NCBI GenBank assembly: GCA_043228905.1
Contig: JBHGNT010000015.1
Span: forward strand, 372,001-436,000
DNA length: 64,000 bases
Source: Azolla caroliniana
Lineage: Eukaryota; Plantae; Polypodiophyta
Direction of reading: 5' to 3'
This document shows positions 33,901 to 45,748 of this stretch, piece after piece. Position numbers and translations under genes: made by a program. Position 1 is the first letter of the stretch, and every line of letters starts with the position of its first letter. The notes beneath the pieces were generated by a model that saw only the letters and a list, made by a program, of their open reading frames with translations, was not told the origin of the DNA and did no database searches.

Positions 33901-36900
33901 CTGCAGAATTTCTTTCATATCCTTTATTTGTCACAATAGATTCTGAACCCACATTCAAGGAAAAACCTGTGTCACACAACCTGTTTGCACCAGTTTGTGT
34001 TGTTCCCACACCAATTGTTTCTACAGGTGGGGATATAGAAACCCTTGCAGAATCAAATGTAGTCTCTGCACGGACAAGCAAAGAAATATCATTTCCATTA
34101 TCACTATTTGTAGTTTCAAGTGCATCTTCCAAACCCATTGTGATTCTTTCCTTCAACCACAACTTGTCTTTCATAACTGCATGTTGACCAAGAGTTGTCC
34201 TAAATGCTTCATGCAGTTCTCGAATAGATAATTTATCTAAGCTAATATCCCCTTCAAACAAATCAAGTTTTGCATTCTTCATAATATAATCATCATGACC
34301 AGGCTTTTCAAGAAGAAAACTACCACGAGAGTGACTTGGCCAGCTATCCATATTTGCGCCCGAAGGACTTCGAAGTTCCATGCACGCCTCTACCTTTATG
34401 TTTGTATCCAAATTGGATTCCCATTTACAATTGGATGGTTGGTGCTGCTCAAGATAATCTACTGAAGCATTCTTCATCTGTTCTTCATCCAATTTATGCA
34501 GCAATGCATCAAGAAACTACAATGCAGAAAAACTCAACGTTACAACTCTAAAGCAAGATCTGGATACCACAAACCTTTTCATATTTAGCTTACCATTAAC
34601 TGGGCAAGAAGCTTTTGTTTACTTGCTTCAGGCAAATCTAAACACTTCGGCCCTGGAATAAATAAAAAGAATGAGGAATGACATATAACAATAAAAACAC
34701 AATAGAAACAACTGCAACTAGCATAGATTGCCACAAGGGTCAGTATTTAGATTTCACTGTGCAGGTAGGTCCCAGTTGGCAATTGGCATAGTAGTGGTAC
34801 ATTAGATATGTGGGATTTATATAGATGAATTACTAATATATAATGACTTGTCACAATGAACAAGATCAGATGCTTTGACATGTTACGAACCCAAAAGAGG
34901 TGTCCACACAATTGAATACTGATGAATTCTCCATCCCTTCTACCCAAGATAGAGGGTTCATTATCTCTGCTAGACTTTCAGCTTCGCAACAGGTCATGCA
35001 TATCTAGCGCTTTAAGGAGAAGGATTGATGCCAAAAAGGATGTACATCTGAACAATGGAATTGGGCGTGCTAATGCAATTCACTTTGAAGATGGTTGACA
35101 TGTATATTTGTGGAAAATACGGTGGCATGCTTGATGTGGAGCATACAATGGTGTGCCTCTCAAGAGGAAGACACATATGGGTTGTCAAACTATTGCAGCA
35201 TGTTATGATACAAGGAGACAATTGCGATGAGTAGGGATTTGTGCACATCAACAAGCAAGAGCAGGCTTCCAACACTTTGTGAGTAAAGGTTAATAGGTTG
35301 ACTTGCTTCCCAAGGAAACTAGCTCCTTTTGGAGAGTAACGAACTGTGTGATTTGATCCATGATGTTTAGCATGTCATGAATCTTGGGGTTTGCTAGTTG
35401 ACTCTCAACAGCTATCGTTTGAGCATGATTAGCAGCTCTATACCTGCTTTTCATGGTTGTCTCTTCATCTTTATCTTGAAACTGACAAGTAATCGTAAGT
35501 TTAATTTTAAACACGAGGAAAGCATGAGCACGAGAACCCTTATCTAGCCAAGCTTCAATCTCAGCTTTAGATGAACAAGCAACTCATGTGGTTGAAGAAG
35601 GTGAAGTTACCAGTGGTTTCTTTTCACTGTCGTTGACTACATTCCATAGACGATGGTACTGTATCAAGGTCTTTATCTGCAATTGCTATCCAAGTAATTG
35701 TTCCCATCCAAGATGGACATTTTCGGTAATTGGGGAATGTTTGACGAAACAACTGAATTGTTTACAGCAGCTATAAGTAGATCCTCAGGTCTTTCCACTC
35801 CTCCCTATATTCTAGGTAAGGCTCAGATGAGGGAAAAAGAAGAACCTCCTCTGTAGGTTGAAAGGGTGGTTGCTAAGAGAACCTCCTCTTTAGGATGAGA
35901 AGGCGGGCTGCAAAGAAAAGAAAACTACTCTTAAGGGCGGGAGGGTGGAAGAAAAGAAGATATGATTGTGTACTATTTGGTGAAACATCAGGCTGAGGCT
36001 ATGGAGACCTCACAGCTCTGAACCATGTGAGAAAAGCTGTTAATAGCAGCTTCGGAAAAGTTGGAAGAGAAAAACAGACAAAACCAAGCTGTGAGAAGGC
36101 TGTTAGACAGCAGTTGCAAAAAAAATAAAGACACAGCCAAAGAGCAGAGCCTGTTTGTGAGTAGCAGCGGAAAAGTAAAGTTCTTATATAACAGGCTGGT
36201 ATAGCTTATTTGTATAAATTTGGGGGACGTGGGTGAAGTGGTTGTTTGGTAGCTAAGTGACTTTTGTACTACCAAACAAGTATAGGAAATTGTAAAATAT
36301 GCAGGCATCTTAGACTAACTCTCACACAGCAAGATCACTAGAAACTCGAGGAAAAATCAGTAGATTAGGAAAAACGAGCTTTGATTACAAAGATGTAGAA
36401 TGGTTTATATAACCAGTATCTACATGTAGGTAGAAACCCAACGGTCACTTAATTAGGTTCACATTATTCTAACTATATGCAAACCTAACAATTACTTAAC
36501 TAGGTTCATACTATTCCAAGTATGTTCACACCCAACAGTTACTTAACTAGGTTCACACTATTATAACTATGTTCACACCAAAACTTTCATAGGATACACA
36601 TTAAGTGTAAGAAACCCCCCTAAAGTGAATGGTGTGAACTTGAATGTCGTCACTATCCAGGCGTTGGATGAATGCCCAATTCCTTGCGAAAATATTCAAA
36701 CGTTTCTCTTTATAGAGCCATGGTGAAAATGTCTGCAACATTTTCATATGAGTTGGTACATAGACCAATTTTATCTCTTTAGCATGGAACTGCTCCCTCA
36801 CATAATGATAGTGCACCTCAATGTGTTTTGTTAGAGCATAGAAGATGGGATTTCTTACAATATCTAAGGCACTTTGACTATCTGTAAATATACAAGTAGG

Positions 36901-39900
36901 AGATGGTTGCTCAAGTGACAAATCAGACAATAATCTCTTGAGCCAAAAACACTATTGTAGCGTTGAATGTTGCTCTTTATTCAGCTTCAAAACTTGATGT
37001 TGCCACTGTTGGCTGCTTCTTGCTGAGCCAGGAAACACAAGAATTGCCAAGCATGAATCAATTGCCACTACATGAGACGAGCGTCATAGCAGCCAGCCCA
37101 ATCACTATCAGTGAAGGCTGTTAATGTAGATGAATTGACTTCTCCATAGGAGAGGCTGAAATCCATACTGCCTTTGAGGTAAACGGAAAACTCTCTTGGC
37201 TGCTTGCCAATGCTTGTTCTAGGGCTGTGCAATAAACCTGCATAATTGCGAAACTACATATTGAATGTTAGGTCACGTGTTGAACAAAAATATCAAACAG
37301 CCTACAACTTGCTGGTATAAGAGTACATCAGTTGGTTCTCCTTTGTCTTGATATGAAAATTTGAAACCTGCTTCTACAAGAGTGGAGTTTGGCTTACACT
37401 CTTCAAACCTGAATCGTTGTAGAAGCTTCTCGATGTACTTTCGTTCACTAAAAAATATGCCCCCCTCAACAATAATAAATTGAATGTTGAGATAGTAATG
37501 GAGATAACCAAGATCTATAAGTTCAAATGTCTTACTAAAATCAGCTTTGAAATCTGTGGTTTCTTGCTCATTAGGTCCTGTCATTAGCAAATCATCAACA
37601 TAAAGCACAACAATTAGTTATTTTTTGCCATCCTTTCGGACATAAAGAGTGCTTTCAGTTGGTCTGTTCACAAAACCGAGTTGAAGAAGATGAGCATGGA
37701 TGCTTGCATTCCACGCTCGAGGTGCTTGCTTCAAGCCATATAAACCTTTAAGTAGCCTGCAAACTTTAGTGTCTACACCTTTAATGACAAAACCCAGAGG
37801 TTGAGTTACAGAAATCTCTTCTTCTAAATCTCCATTTAAGAAGGCGGTTATAATGTCTAATTGGTGAACCTTCCATCCTTTATTTGCTCTTGTAGCAATT
37901 TTAGCTCTCATTGTAGTCATCCTTGAAGTGGGGGCGAAGGTTTCTTCTTAGTCTATCCCTTTTTTTGGGAATAGACTTTTGCTACAAGCCTTGCTTTAAA
38001 ACGATCGAGGCTACAATCTCCATTACACTTCAGTTTATAAATCCACTTTGTAGCAATTGCTTTTCTACCTTTAGGTAGATCACATAACTCCCAAGAGTTG
38101 TTCTTGTAGATGGACTCAAGTTCTGATTTCATGGTTTCAACCCAATGGTCATGTGCTAAAGTTTTGATTGCCTTGTTAAGAACATGATCTACATAATGCA
38201 CTTCAGCTTGCTGATTGCTTGACTTGGTTTTACCTTGAAGAGGAGATATACCAGTCATTTCAAAGAAGGCTTCGGTCCATTCCACAAGGTAAATGAATAC
38301 TAGGACGATCTATGCTTGGGACTGTTATTTGTAGACATCATGAGACTTAGAAACGTTGTTGGACAACAATGCAGTCACAAAACCTCATCAGCAAAGATCT
38401 ACCAAAACCTTCTTTAGCTCCAGCAGTCCTCGTTCTACAAGTCAACGAAGGGCTACACAAGTGAAGTTTCAACCACAAAATAGACATGTGTGCTGCACAG
38501 GTCATTTCTATCAGTACCAAAACCTCGTCACCCTTGTTATCTACAAATCCTAGCGATGATCACCCAACACTAAATGTGCTTCCCTCAATCGGAAACCTCT
38601 CCAACCTGGGATGGTCCATGTTAGAGATCATTTGAAAACATAAGTTTCAGATCAGCTAAGCTCATGTTTCAGTGCTTATCTAATAAGAATCTGGTATATT
38701 AGGGAATTTTACTACTTTAATTATATTAAGTTTAGTTTTTTGTTCTCAAACAGGAGACGGGATTTTATATCACATAGGATATTTTGGCCTCATAAAAGAC
38801 ATTAATATATCTTTATTTCCTTCTAGCCTGGCGTGTGAGATGTCTCTTTTTTAAACAAGCAAGGCACTGTTCAAGTACCACACACAAACTTTCCAATGAG
38901 AAACTTAATTCTCATGCTATCAACCATCCTACTAATCATTGCACACAATGCCAAAAGGTGCTAAATATTGTATGTGGAGCTATGAAGATATGTATCCCGG
39001 AGCAGCACGCATCCGAGGGACACAAAAGTCTGTGAATGCACCATTGGCCCATATCAGGCACATGTGAAGTATTTGTCTACAAGGATCACTAGTCGATATG
39101 GCATGCTCAACCTCTATCAGCAAACATATAAAACCACATGTAATGTCATACTCCATAGCAACATACACAGATGCAGATTAGCAAGCATGACAAGAGAAGT
39201 ATTATATGAGCATCTGCTCTGCAAGTTGCTGCCATTCAGGAATCAGAGCCACAAACCAAAGGATTCAAAATTAGTGGGTGGCAGACATACTACTCATAAA
39301 AGGATGGGGTTTGAGGGATCAAATTACCACCTATGAGATTGCCATCATTCCGTAGCAACACATGAAAGATAGGAGAAGGGAGTGGACTGCAGCTGAAAAA
39401 GTGTTGCTCTGTTGACTGACAGGGAACATATTAGTTCCATAAAGAGTTTCCAAGGATCTTCTCCTGGTAACATATCTCTCATACGCAATTTAACCCCACA
39501 AAGCTTGAAATTACATCTGAGAATTAATGACACCCAAGCCACCATTGTGGCAAGGAAGAACAATTGTATGCCAAGCAACTAGTGCATGTGTGTCCCGTTT
39601 AACCCACTAAGCTTGATTTCGCTTCTGGGGAAGGCAAAACGATGGCATGCAAAGCAACAATGCGTTTGTGGGCCATCACTGCCATACCACAGATAGTTCC
39701 AGATTAAGTGTTGAAGCTGGGACATGGTCCTCAAAGCAAATATGAGGCCCAATAGAACATGTGTTAATTTTGTGGGCCATCACTGCCATCATATTGATAG
39801 TTCCAGATTAAGTGTGGAAGCTGGGACATGGTCCTCGAAGCAAATGTGAGGCCTTGCTAAGGGTCTCTGCAAGGGATAAAAGTGTTGCTCATCAAATGGT

Positions 39901-41147
39901 GTACATTTTCGCCATTCCACATTTCAGCCCATCTGAAAATTCTTCAATCGTCTCTAAACATTGTTCATTAATGTCATACAGCATCATCCTATGCAAGTGT
40001 TAATGATCTACTAACACTCTTACCTCTCCCAGATTTATTTATTTTTTCTACACCCACTGTCATTATGTCACTGCACTTTGACTGTGGCTGAGCATTACAT
40101 GGATGTATTCTTTGGTGTCACAGGTCACTTCTTTTTTAAGGCATTTATATTCTCTATTACCAAAGGGATCACTATGTGTATATTCGCAATATAATTTTAC
40201 ACAACATTTATAATTTCAGCTAAGAAGATAACCTAAGATTTTAGGGAGTAATTTAGAGCTAAAAAACTATTATTTATATTATAACAAATGCTATTAAAAA
40301 TGAGTTGGCAACAATACCTACTGAGCTTTTCTCCTTCAAAGTCAAATTGTCCGGCTTATTTATGATGCAGCTATGCTTGAGGTCTAATTGGATTTCCAGG
40401 GGATCAGTAACATGTACAGGTGATTTCCCTTCCATAAGTGACTCCATCTCCATCACTTCGTTCTCAGAAGCTGGAACAATTGTCCCATCCTCTTCAACCT
40501 GCAAAGACCACACCAAACAAACGCACATTAAATCTTATAAAATCATTGTAAATTTGAAAAGAACACAATAAACCTGGCTCGAGCATTATTGATCTTTGCA
40601 AAGAGTATGCCACATAGATCATCTTTGGATGTTAATCATGCTCCAATGTCCAATGAGATCATCATTAGGTTTCTTTAACCCTTATTTAGTTCACATCATT
40701 CCAAAACATATATTTCTATAGAGAAACTAAGGTCAATCATAGATTTGATTTGAAGTTTCCCTTTATAATTTTATGACATATAACAATAAAGAAGTCAAGA
40801 AAAGACAATGGACAAATTTTTCGTCACCTCCATATGCATAACGATATTAGATGATCCTATCCACTCATGAGTTCCCCAAGCAGAAAAAAAACACTCATAA
40901 TCACCATAAGATTCAGGCTCTCTTAACAGATTAATTCATCTGATCAATGGAAAAGAAAGGAAAACAAACTCTCTAAGTTTTGAGTTCAAGCAACTTCCCA
41001 ATGAGTGAGAAGCAATTAATCATCGACTCTTTGGCAGAAAGTTCTGTAAACAAACTGCAGAAAGAGGTAACACACCCGAACTAACTTATATACTAATCGA
41101 TCTGTTGCATCCAGTAAAGCTTCTTCCCAATACTCCAAGAAAGCCAT
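27919..41147 (-). CDS. TRF-like (TRFL3/TRFL6-type) C-terminal Myb/telobox protein, 8 coding exons
   Basis: Exons (minus) 41147-41076, 40498-40318, 34652-34594, 34516-33053, 32971-32846, 30541-30191, 29412-29356 and 28062-27919; GT-AG, phases consistent. Family motifs LVYKLVR|VEEDGTIVPASENEVMEME, ISLDKLSIRELHEAFRTTLGQHAVMKDKLWLKERITMGL, KRKRKPTRRYIEEL, AAQLVRKA, Myb WTVKEVVKLLEGVTHCGIGKWVDIKK...DVK|QKWRNL and ILMQVHEL. Confidence 0.88.
28384..28470 (-). mobile_element. Short 3'-end fragment of the RTEX-like LINE
   Basis: AAAATGGCCTATAAGACCAAACAAGAGATTACATCTTAA...CTTGTCTTTG matches 4772-4850. Confidence 0.85.
31350..31535 (+). mobile_element. 3' UTR fragment of the RTEX-like LINE
   Basis: AATTACAATATATCT..TTGAGAATCTTACATGTACC(G/A)ATAACAAGATTCTTTAGTC matches 43806-43990 and the reverse complement of 4770-4950. 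Confidence 0.88.
31545..32340 (+). mobile_element. Internally deleted Ty1/copia RT-RNaseH remnant in TRFL intron 5
   Basis: VCKLKKSLYGFKQAPRQ, LVLYIDDM, FSMKYLG, TRPDIAHAVGVVSQLMANP and GGAISW...IVALSTAKA, broken by frameshifts and stops. Confidence 0.9.
35290..35600 (-). mobile_element. Possible copia gag remnant
   Basis: Minus-strand SSKAEIEAWLDKGSRAHAFL and MDQITQFVTLQKELVSLG resemble copia gag (UBN2-type); degenerate. Confidence 0.45.
36291..38300 (-). mobile_element. Ty1/copia LTR retrotransposon 3' half (RT-RNaseH, PPT, probable 3' LTR), degenerate
   Basis: WVETMKSELESIYKNNSWELCDLPKGRKAIATKWIYKLK...RFKARLVAK, HQLDIITAFLNGDL, LYGLKQAPRAW, LYVDDLL, TDSQSAL...TKHIEVHYHYVRE. A G-rich PPT near 36615-36621 is followed by an LTR-like segment (~36598-36291) with short internal repeats; LTR limits are approximate. 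Confidence 0.92.
39665..39853. repeat. ~85-bp direct duplication
   Basis: TTTGTGGGCCATCACTGCCAT...GATAGTTCCAGATTAAGTGT(T/G)GAAGCTGGGACATGGTCCTC(A/G)AAGCAAAT(A/G)TGAGGCC twice. Confidence 0.9.
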
Positions 41148-42559
41148 AAGCAAAATGTCCAAGGAAATATTTCCACCTTAGCTGCTCATATTCCTAAACA
41201 GTTTCAAAAGCATCAAAAAATTCAGTTACTTGAGACAAAGCGTTGGGATATATTGCATAATTCACTATAAAACATGCAAAACATTATCATACGCAGGTTA
41301 AATCATGTGTCAGAGAGATTAATGCCACATATTCTCAAAATAGTTAAATTATTAGCAAGTGATTTGTAATACAGTGTAAACTAAGTGTTGAAACTTAGGA
41401 AGAATGGCATTAATGGATAGTGATTTCATAGTACAGGGGAAAACTAAAAGTTACTAGCTTAGGTTCAACCAATATGTTGGAACTTAGGTTGGATAGCATT
41501 AACAGTTGTTGGTTTCATATACTACAGGGCACACCTAATAGTTAAACATTGTGGCATTGGTACGAAACCTTGCTAAATGTCTCTACCATGCGTCGAAATT
41601 TGGTGTGCAGATGGGTCACCCAAAGGGCTATGCTCACAAGCATAGACCTGACTCCTGACTGAGAGTCTTTTACTTCTGATAGATAGTGTGAAATGCACAG
41701 CTTAACAAACAGTTCAGAAATTAGCACAAATCTATGCAAGCATAAATGACTAACTATAAGTTTAATTTTCACCAACTTTGATTTCTGTCAAGAAACTAAA
41801 TGGATAAAATCCTAAAATCATCAAGATGCAACCTCTTCCTATAGGACTTTTCCGATAATTGTGCTCAAAATGACAATACCAGTCTTCCGTGTTTATATGG
41901 GATTCTTTGACTTGCATGTCAGATGGTGTTTAGGTTTCAGACATGCTGCTGGCTAAAGACCCTCATTCAAGTCTGGAGTAACATTAGACAGGGGGAACTT
42001 TTAATCATCTACTAGAGCATCTGTATTTATTGCTAGGAATACGTTTTTGCCAAGAACTCATGTTATTATTTATCCAATTGCTCTGTGGAACATAGGGTAG
42101 AGTTGTTTTGTGGTTTAAATTATTCCTTCCCGTTACAAGAGCAGAATCCTCCACAAAATCCAACTTTGGAAATAATTCTGTTAAAGTTGCTGCATCTGAT
42201 CTCCGATCTCTATGCATATGGATTATCTTACATGAATGCATTCCAGAATTGGCTTTGAAATATCAGAGCCTGATTAAAGTCTCTTCCCACTTTCCTTGTA
42301 CTGTACCTTATCAATTTCTTCTAGCTTGAGCTCTTAGCGCATTTGTATGGATGATATCATTCCTCATCCAAGCTGTAACTAACCTTATGCACCACCTCCT
42401 CATTAATTTGGCCTGGTTTGAGAGTGAACACTGGAAAACACAACTTGGCTGTTTAATGGCGTACCCCTAGCTAACAATCTCAATTACTGTTTGGATGAGT
42501 TTGTACCTCATGAGTTTAACACCACTCAAGAATGGTAAAAAGATCAGAACCAGAATACT

Positions 42560-44013
42560 TCTTGGGAGAGAAAAAGGTGGCATACAAACACTCCTTCACA
42601 TATGTAGGAGTAACATTCACAGGGCCGAGGTTCTCCTTAAGGGAGGCTGCTGGTGCTCAACTTTCTTGTGGATATGCACCTCGAGACACAATGTGCACAT
42701 TTGCAGTTCCAAGAGCTAAACTAAATTGTAGCTATTTGACATACTTGTGACGCCAACTCCTCTATGGAGTAGAAATGTGGGGACCGAGTCTAAACAAGGG
42801 AAATAACTGGAAAAATTTAGAGAGATCTACCTTTAGTCGCAACGATTGCCCACATGATATGGAATGAAGCATCGGTACCCCATGTTATAATCTGGGCACT
42901 ATAATTATCGTGGCACTATTCTCATCAGTGACCTATATCCACAGCTTTGGGAATTCCCTAAATGAAGGTACTCAGGGTTGGCACTTATGTCATCAAAACA
43001 ACTTGCTGAACATGGAGACATTCATTGTTGGTACGTTGAAATGTAACAATGGTTCGAGTCACATGGCATAAGCATAAATGCTCCACCCCCCATTCCAAAA
43101 TAGCTTGGATTGTCCTCATCTAGACATGACTAAAGTGGAAAAGAATAGAATGATCTGAACTGGTATTATTAACTTGGAAAACAATATAACATGGATCAGC
43201 CCCAAGTGGTAGGAAGATGCCCCACTATAAGACACTTTTTGCACACATTGGAGGATGGATTTTTCATCAGGACATCTTATATGGACATATGTCTATCCTA
43301 TGCGCTGAAGAGTGTGATAGGGCAGCAGTGAACTTCATCACATCCATTAGAAATTGAGGTAGGCAGACATGCACAAATACCTTTAGAAGCCAGAGTTTTC
43401 CAATTGCGTCATCAGGGAGTGGAAACTGAAGAGCATTATGTTTTTCATTGTAGTGTTTTTTTATGAAATAAGAGGGAGATACCATAGCCTCTTTCTACAC
43501 AAGGTAATGGAATATGAGGACAGACAGTGCTTGGGACTTTTCTTCCTAGAACACAAGAGACATAGGGAAAAGTTGTTGAAGGACAACCATGCAACCAGAA
43601 GAAAGAAAAATCACAACTCTCTTAAGCCCCATCACTCTTACTCATGCTACAAAATAATCAAGGGCACACAAATGGGCTCTTGATCATGACATACCAAAGG
43701 TGCTACAATAGATTGGGCAATGGAAACCTGCCACTGCAAGTGCTTCTCGCTTCGGAGCCTCTCCATTCTGGATCGACCTATGCTAGAGTTCTGTCGCAGA
43801 CAGAAATTACAATATATCTTATTTGAGAATCTTACATGTACCAATAACAAGATTCTTTAGTCACTTTTTATCTTATTTACTTTTTTTACTTGGTAACATT
43901 TATTTTGGTTTGTCATCTAAGTCGAGAGGTTTGTCGTCTAAAGTCGAGACAAGACTTAATATGTAATATTTTCTTTGGTCTTATAGCCCATTTTCGCCTC
44001 TTAAAATATGTTA
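42560..44013 (+). mobile_element. 5'-truncated RTEX-like LINE (end of RT, CCHC region, 3' UTR), degenerate
   Basis: SFTYVGVTFTGPRFSL, a frameshifted LFDILVTPT.LYGVEMWG block and FYEIRGRYHSLF..KVMEYEDRQCLGLFFLEHKRHREKLL; collinear with the reverse complement of 4751-6197. Confidence 0.88.
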
Positions 44014-44739
44014 ATATATTTTTCTTTCTAGTTGAAGTTTCTCGATCATATGGATGAAATCTGTATTGATTTTTCCAAGTTTCCAAGCTTACAATGTGCA
44101 CACCTGCAGATTGCCAAAAATAAAAGTGAAGAATAAACTGTTTTCATGCTCCATTAAATGTCTAGGAAAATCACTGAGCATTGTACTTTGCCTGTGGCCT
44201 TAACAAAGTGTGCATTTGGCTGTTCCAGATGTCCAAAGTTCAAGCATCTATTTCATTGCAGCAACGTCATTTAGAGCCTGCTTATCCAAGCATCTATAAT
44301 TAAAACATTACTCTTTGCAATGATTGTAACTTTTTGAATACGAATTCATCTCTTTGACTGCACCAAGGTTTCTCTTGGACAAAACATTCAGGGTTTTAGC
44401 ATGGAAAATTAGTTCTTCACTTTGAGTCTTTTCCAATTATGGGAGGACCACCCCAATATTTATTTATTTTGAGGATATGTTTAGCAATTAGCTGTTTTAC
44501 TATGAAGGCTTCCAGTGCACAAAATTTAAGCTTTTTTCTGATTCTTTTCTCTGCAAATTGGGGTTTTTCTGCTAGACGCAATAGGAAAATGGAACGGGAT
44601 AATCTTAATAATTGTTGCTAGCAACAGACATTCCCGCATAGACACATTTTTACCACAGTTTTTTATGCATTTTTGACGACCTATTAAGTAAAAGTGCATC
44701 AAAAGCTCTGGACCTTCTTTTAATACATAATATAATGTT

Positions 44740-45300
44740 AATACCACAGTTTGCACAATTGAATCAAACTGCAGTTCTGCTGCAAAGATTGTTATTGAAT
44801 TCTGATCTTACAAAGAGGAAGTTATTTTACACGGTCCTCCTAATGCTATAGTTGCTGTTTTCAAAGCTAGATTTTGTTACAGAATACGATGATAGTAGAA
44901 AGTTTGCAAAATTGAATGAAATAGCAGTTTGCTGAGAAGCTTACTGCTGAATTCTGATATTATATGTAGGAGACAAAAGTTCTTAATATCAGACTTTCAC
45001 ATTTTGCAGAGTTGAATCAAAAAGTCGTTCAGCTGAGATAGATTTTCTTATCCAACTTTCTTTTACAAACGGCTGAAGGGTGGACAGGTTTCTTGCAGAC
45101 TGCGATGCCAGTACCATAGTTTTCAGAATCGAATGGACCACTGAGTTTTTCCACGGAAGATTACTGATCTTTCTTAACTGGAGACATAAAATGTTTTCCT
45201 ATCAAAGTTTCGCTACTGTTTCAGACGGCACAAGTTTACAATGTAATGCTAGTACTACAGTGTGCAGAATTGAAAACGAAACAGAAATTCTCCCTAGAAG
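44740..45300. repeat. Highly degenerate tandem repeat, ~100-150-bp period, about 5 copies
   Basis: Core (A/C)AGTTTGCA(C/A/G)AATTGAAT..AA...GTT recurs near 44747, 44900, 45002, 45117 and 45258. Confidence 0.5.
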
Positions 45301-45321
45301 ATTTTACAGTGTATTTCATAC

Positions 45322-45530
45322 CTGGAGCTTTCCTTTTAGTCTTTGTCAGACTTCCGTTAGCTAATGTTGTGGCGACTGTCTAGAATTAAGTAGGAGCGGT
45401 CTTCCTGAACAAGAAGCTCATAAGAACAAGAGGAAGAGCAGAAAGGAGGTTAGAGAGGAGGAGGAGGAGGAGCTATGGCATCTGGAGCAGGCGATGGGGG
45501 ACATGAAAGGAGAAAGAAAGAAAGGCAGGA
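45322..45530 (-). other. Probable non-coding first exon (5' UTR) of the TRFL gene
   Basis: CT-rich on the minus strand, ends in donor CAG|GTATGA at 45322/45321 and has only short ATG-initiated frames. A matching acceptor TTTAG|G lies near 41194, upstream of the ATG at 41147. Confidence 0.45.
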
Positions 45531-45569
45531 AGGTTTAACACAGGGTTTTTGGTCGTATGTAATTTCCGT

Positions 45570-45748
45570 CTCTTTTTTCTTTTTTTTCTTTTTTTCTTTT
45601 TTTCTTTTTTTCTTTTTTCTTTTTTCTTTTTTCTTTTTTTCTTTTTTCTTTTTTCTTTTTTCTTTTTTCTTTTTTCTTTTTTCTTTTTTCTTTTTCTTCT
45701 AATGCTTTTCTCTTTTTTCTTTTTTCTTTTTTCTTTTTTCTTTTTTTT
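45570..45748. repeat. (T6-7C)n low-complexity pyrimidine tract
   Basis: Read directly; source of the spurious poly-F and poly-K ORFs. Confidence 0.95.

Noticed and set aside
12721-41147. Functional link between the telomeric repeats and the nearby TRFL gene
   Set aside because: Telo-boxes are common in plant genomes; proximity alone is not evidence.
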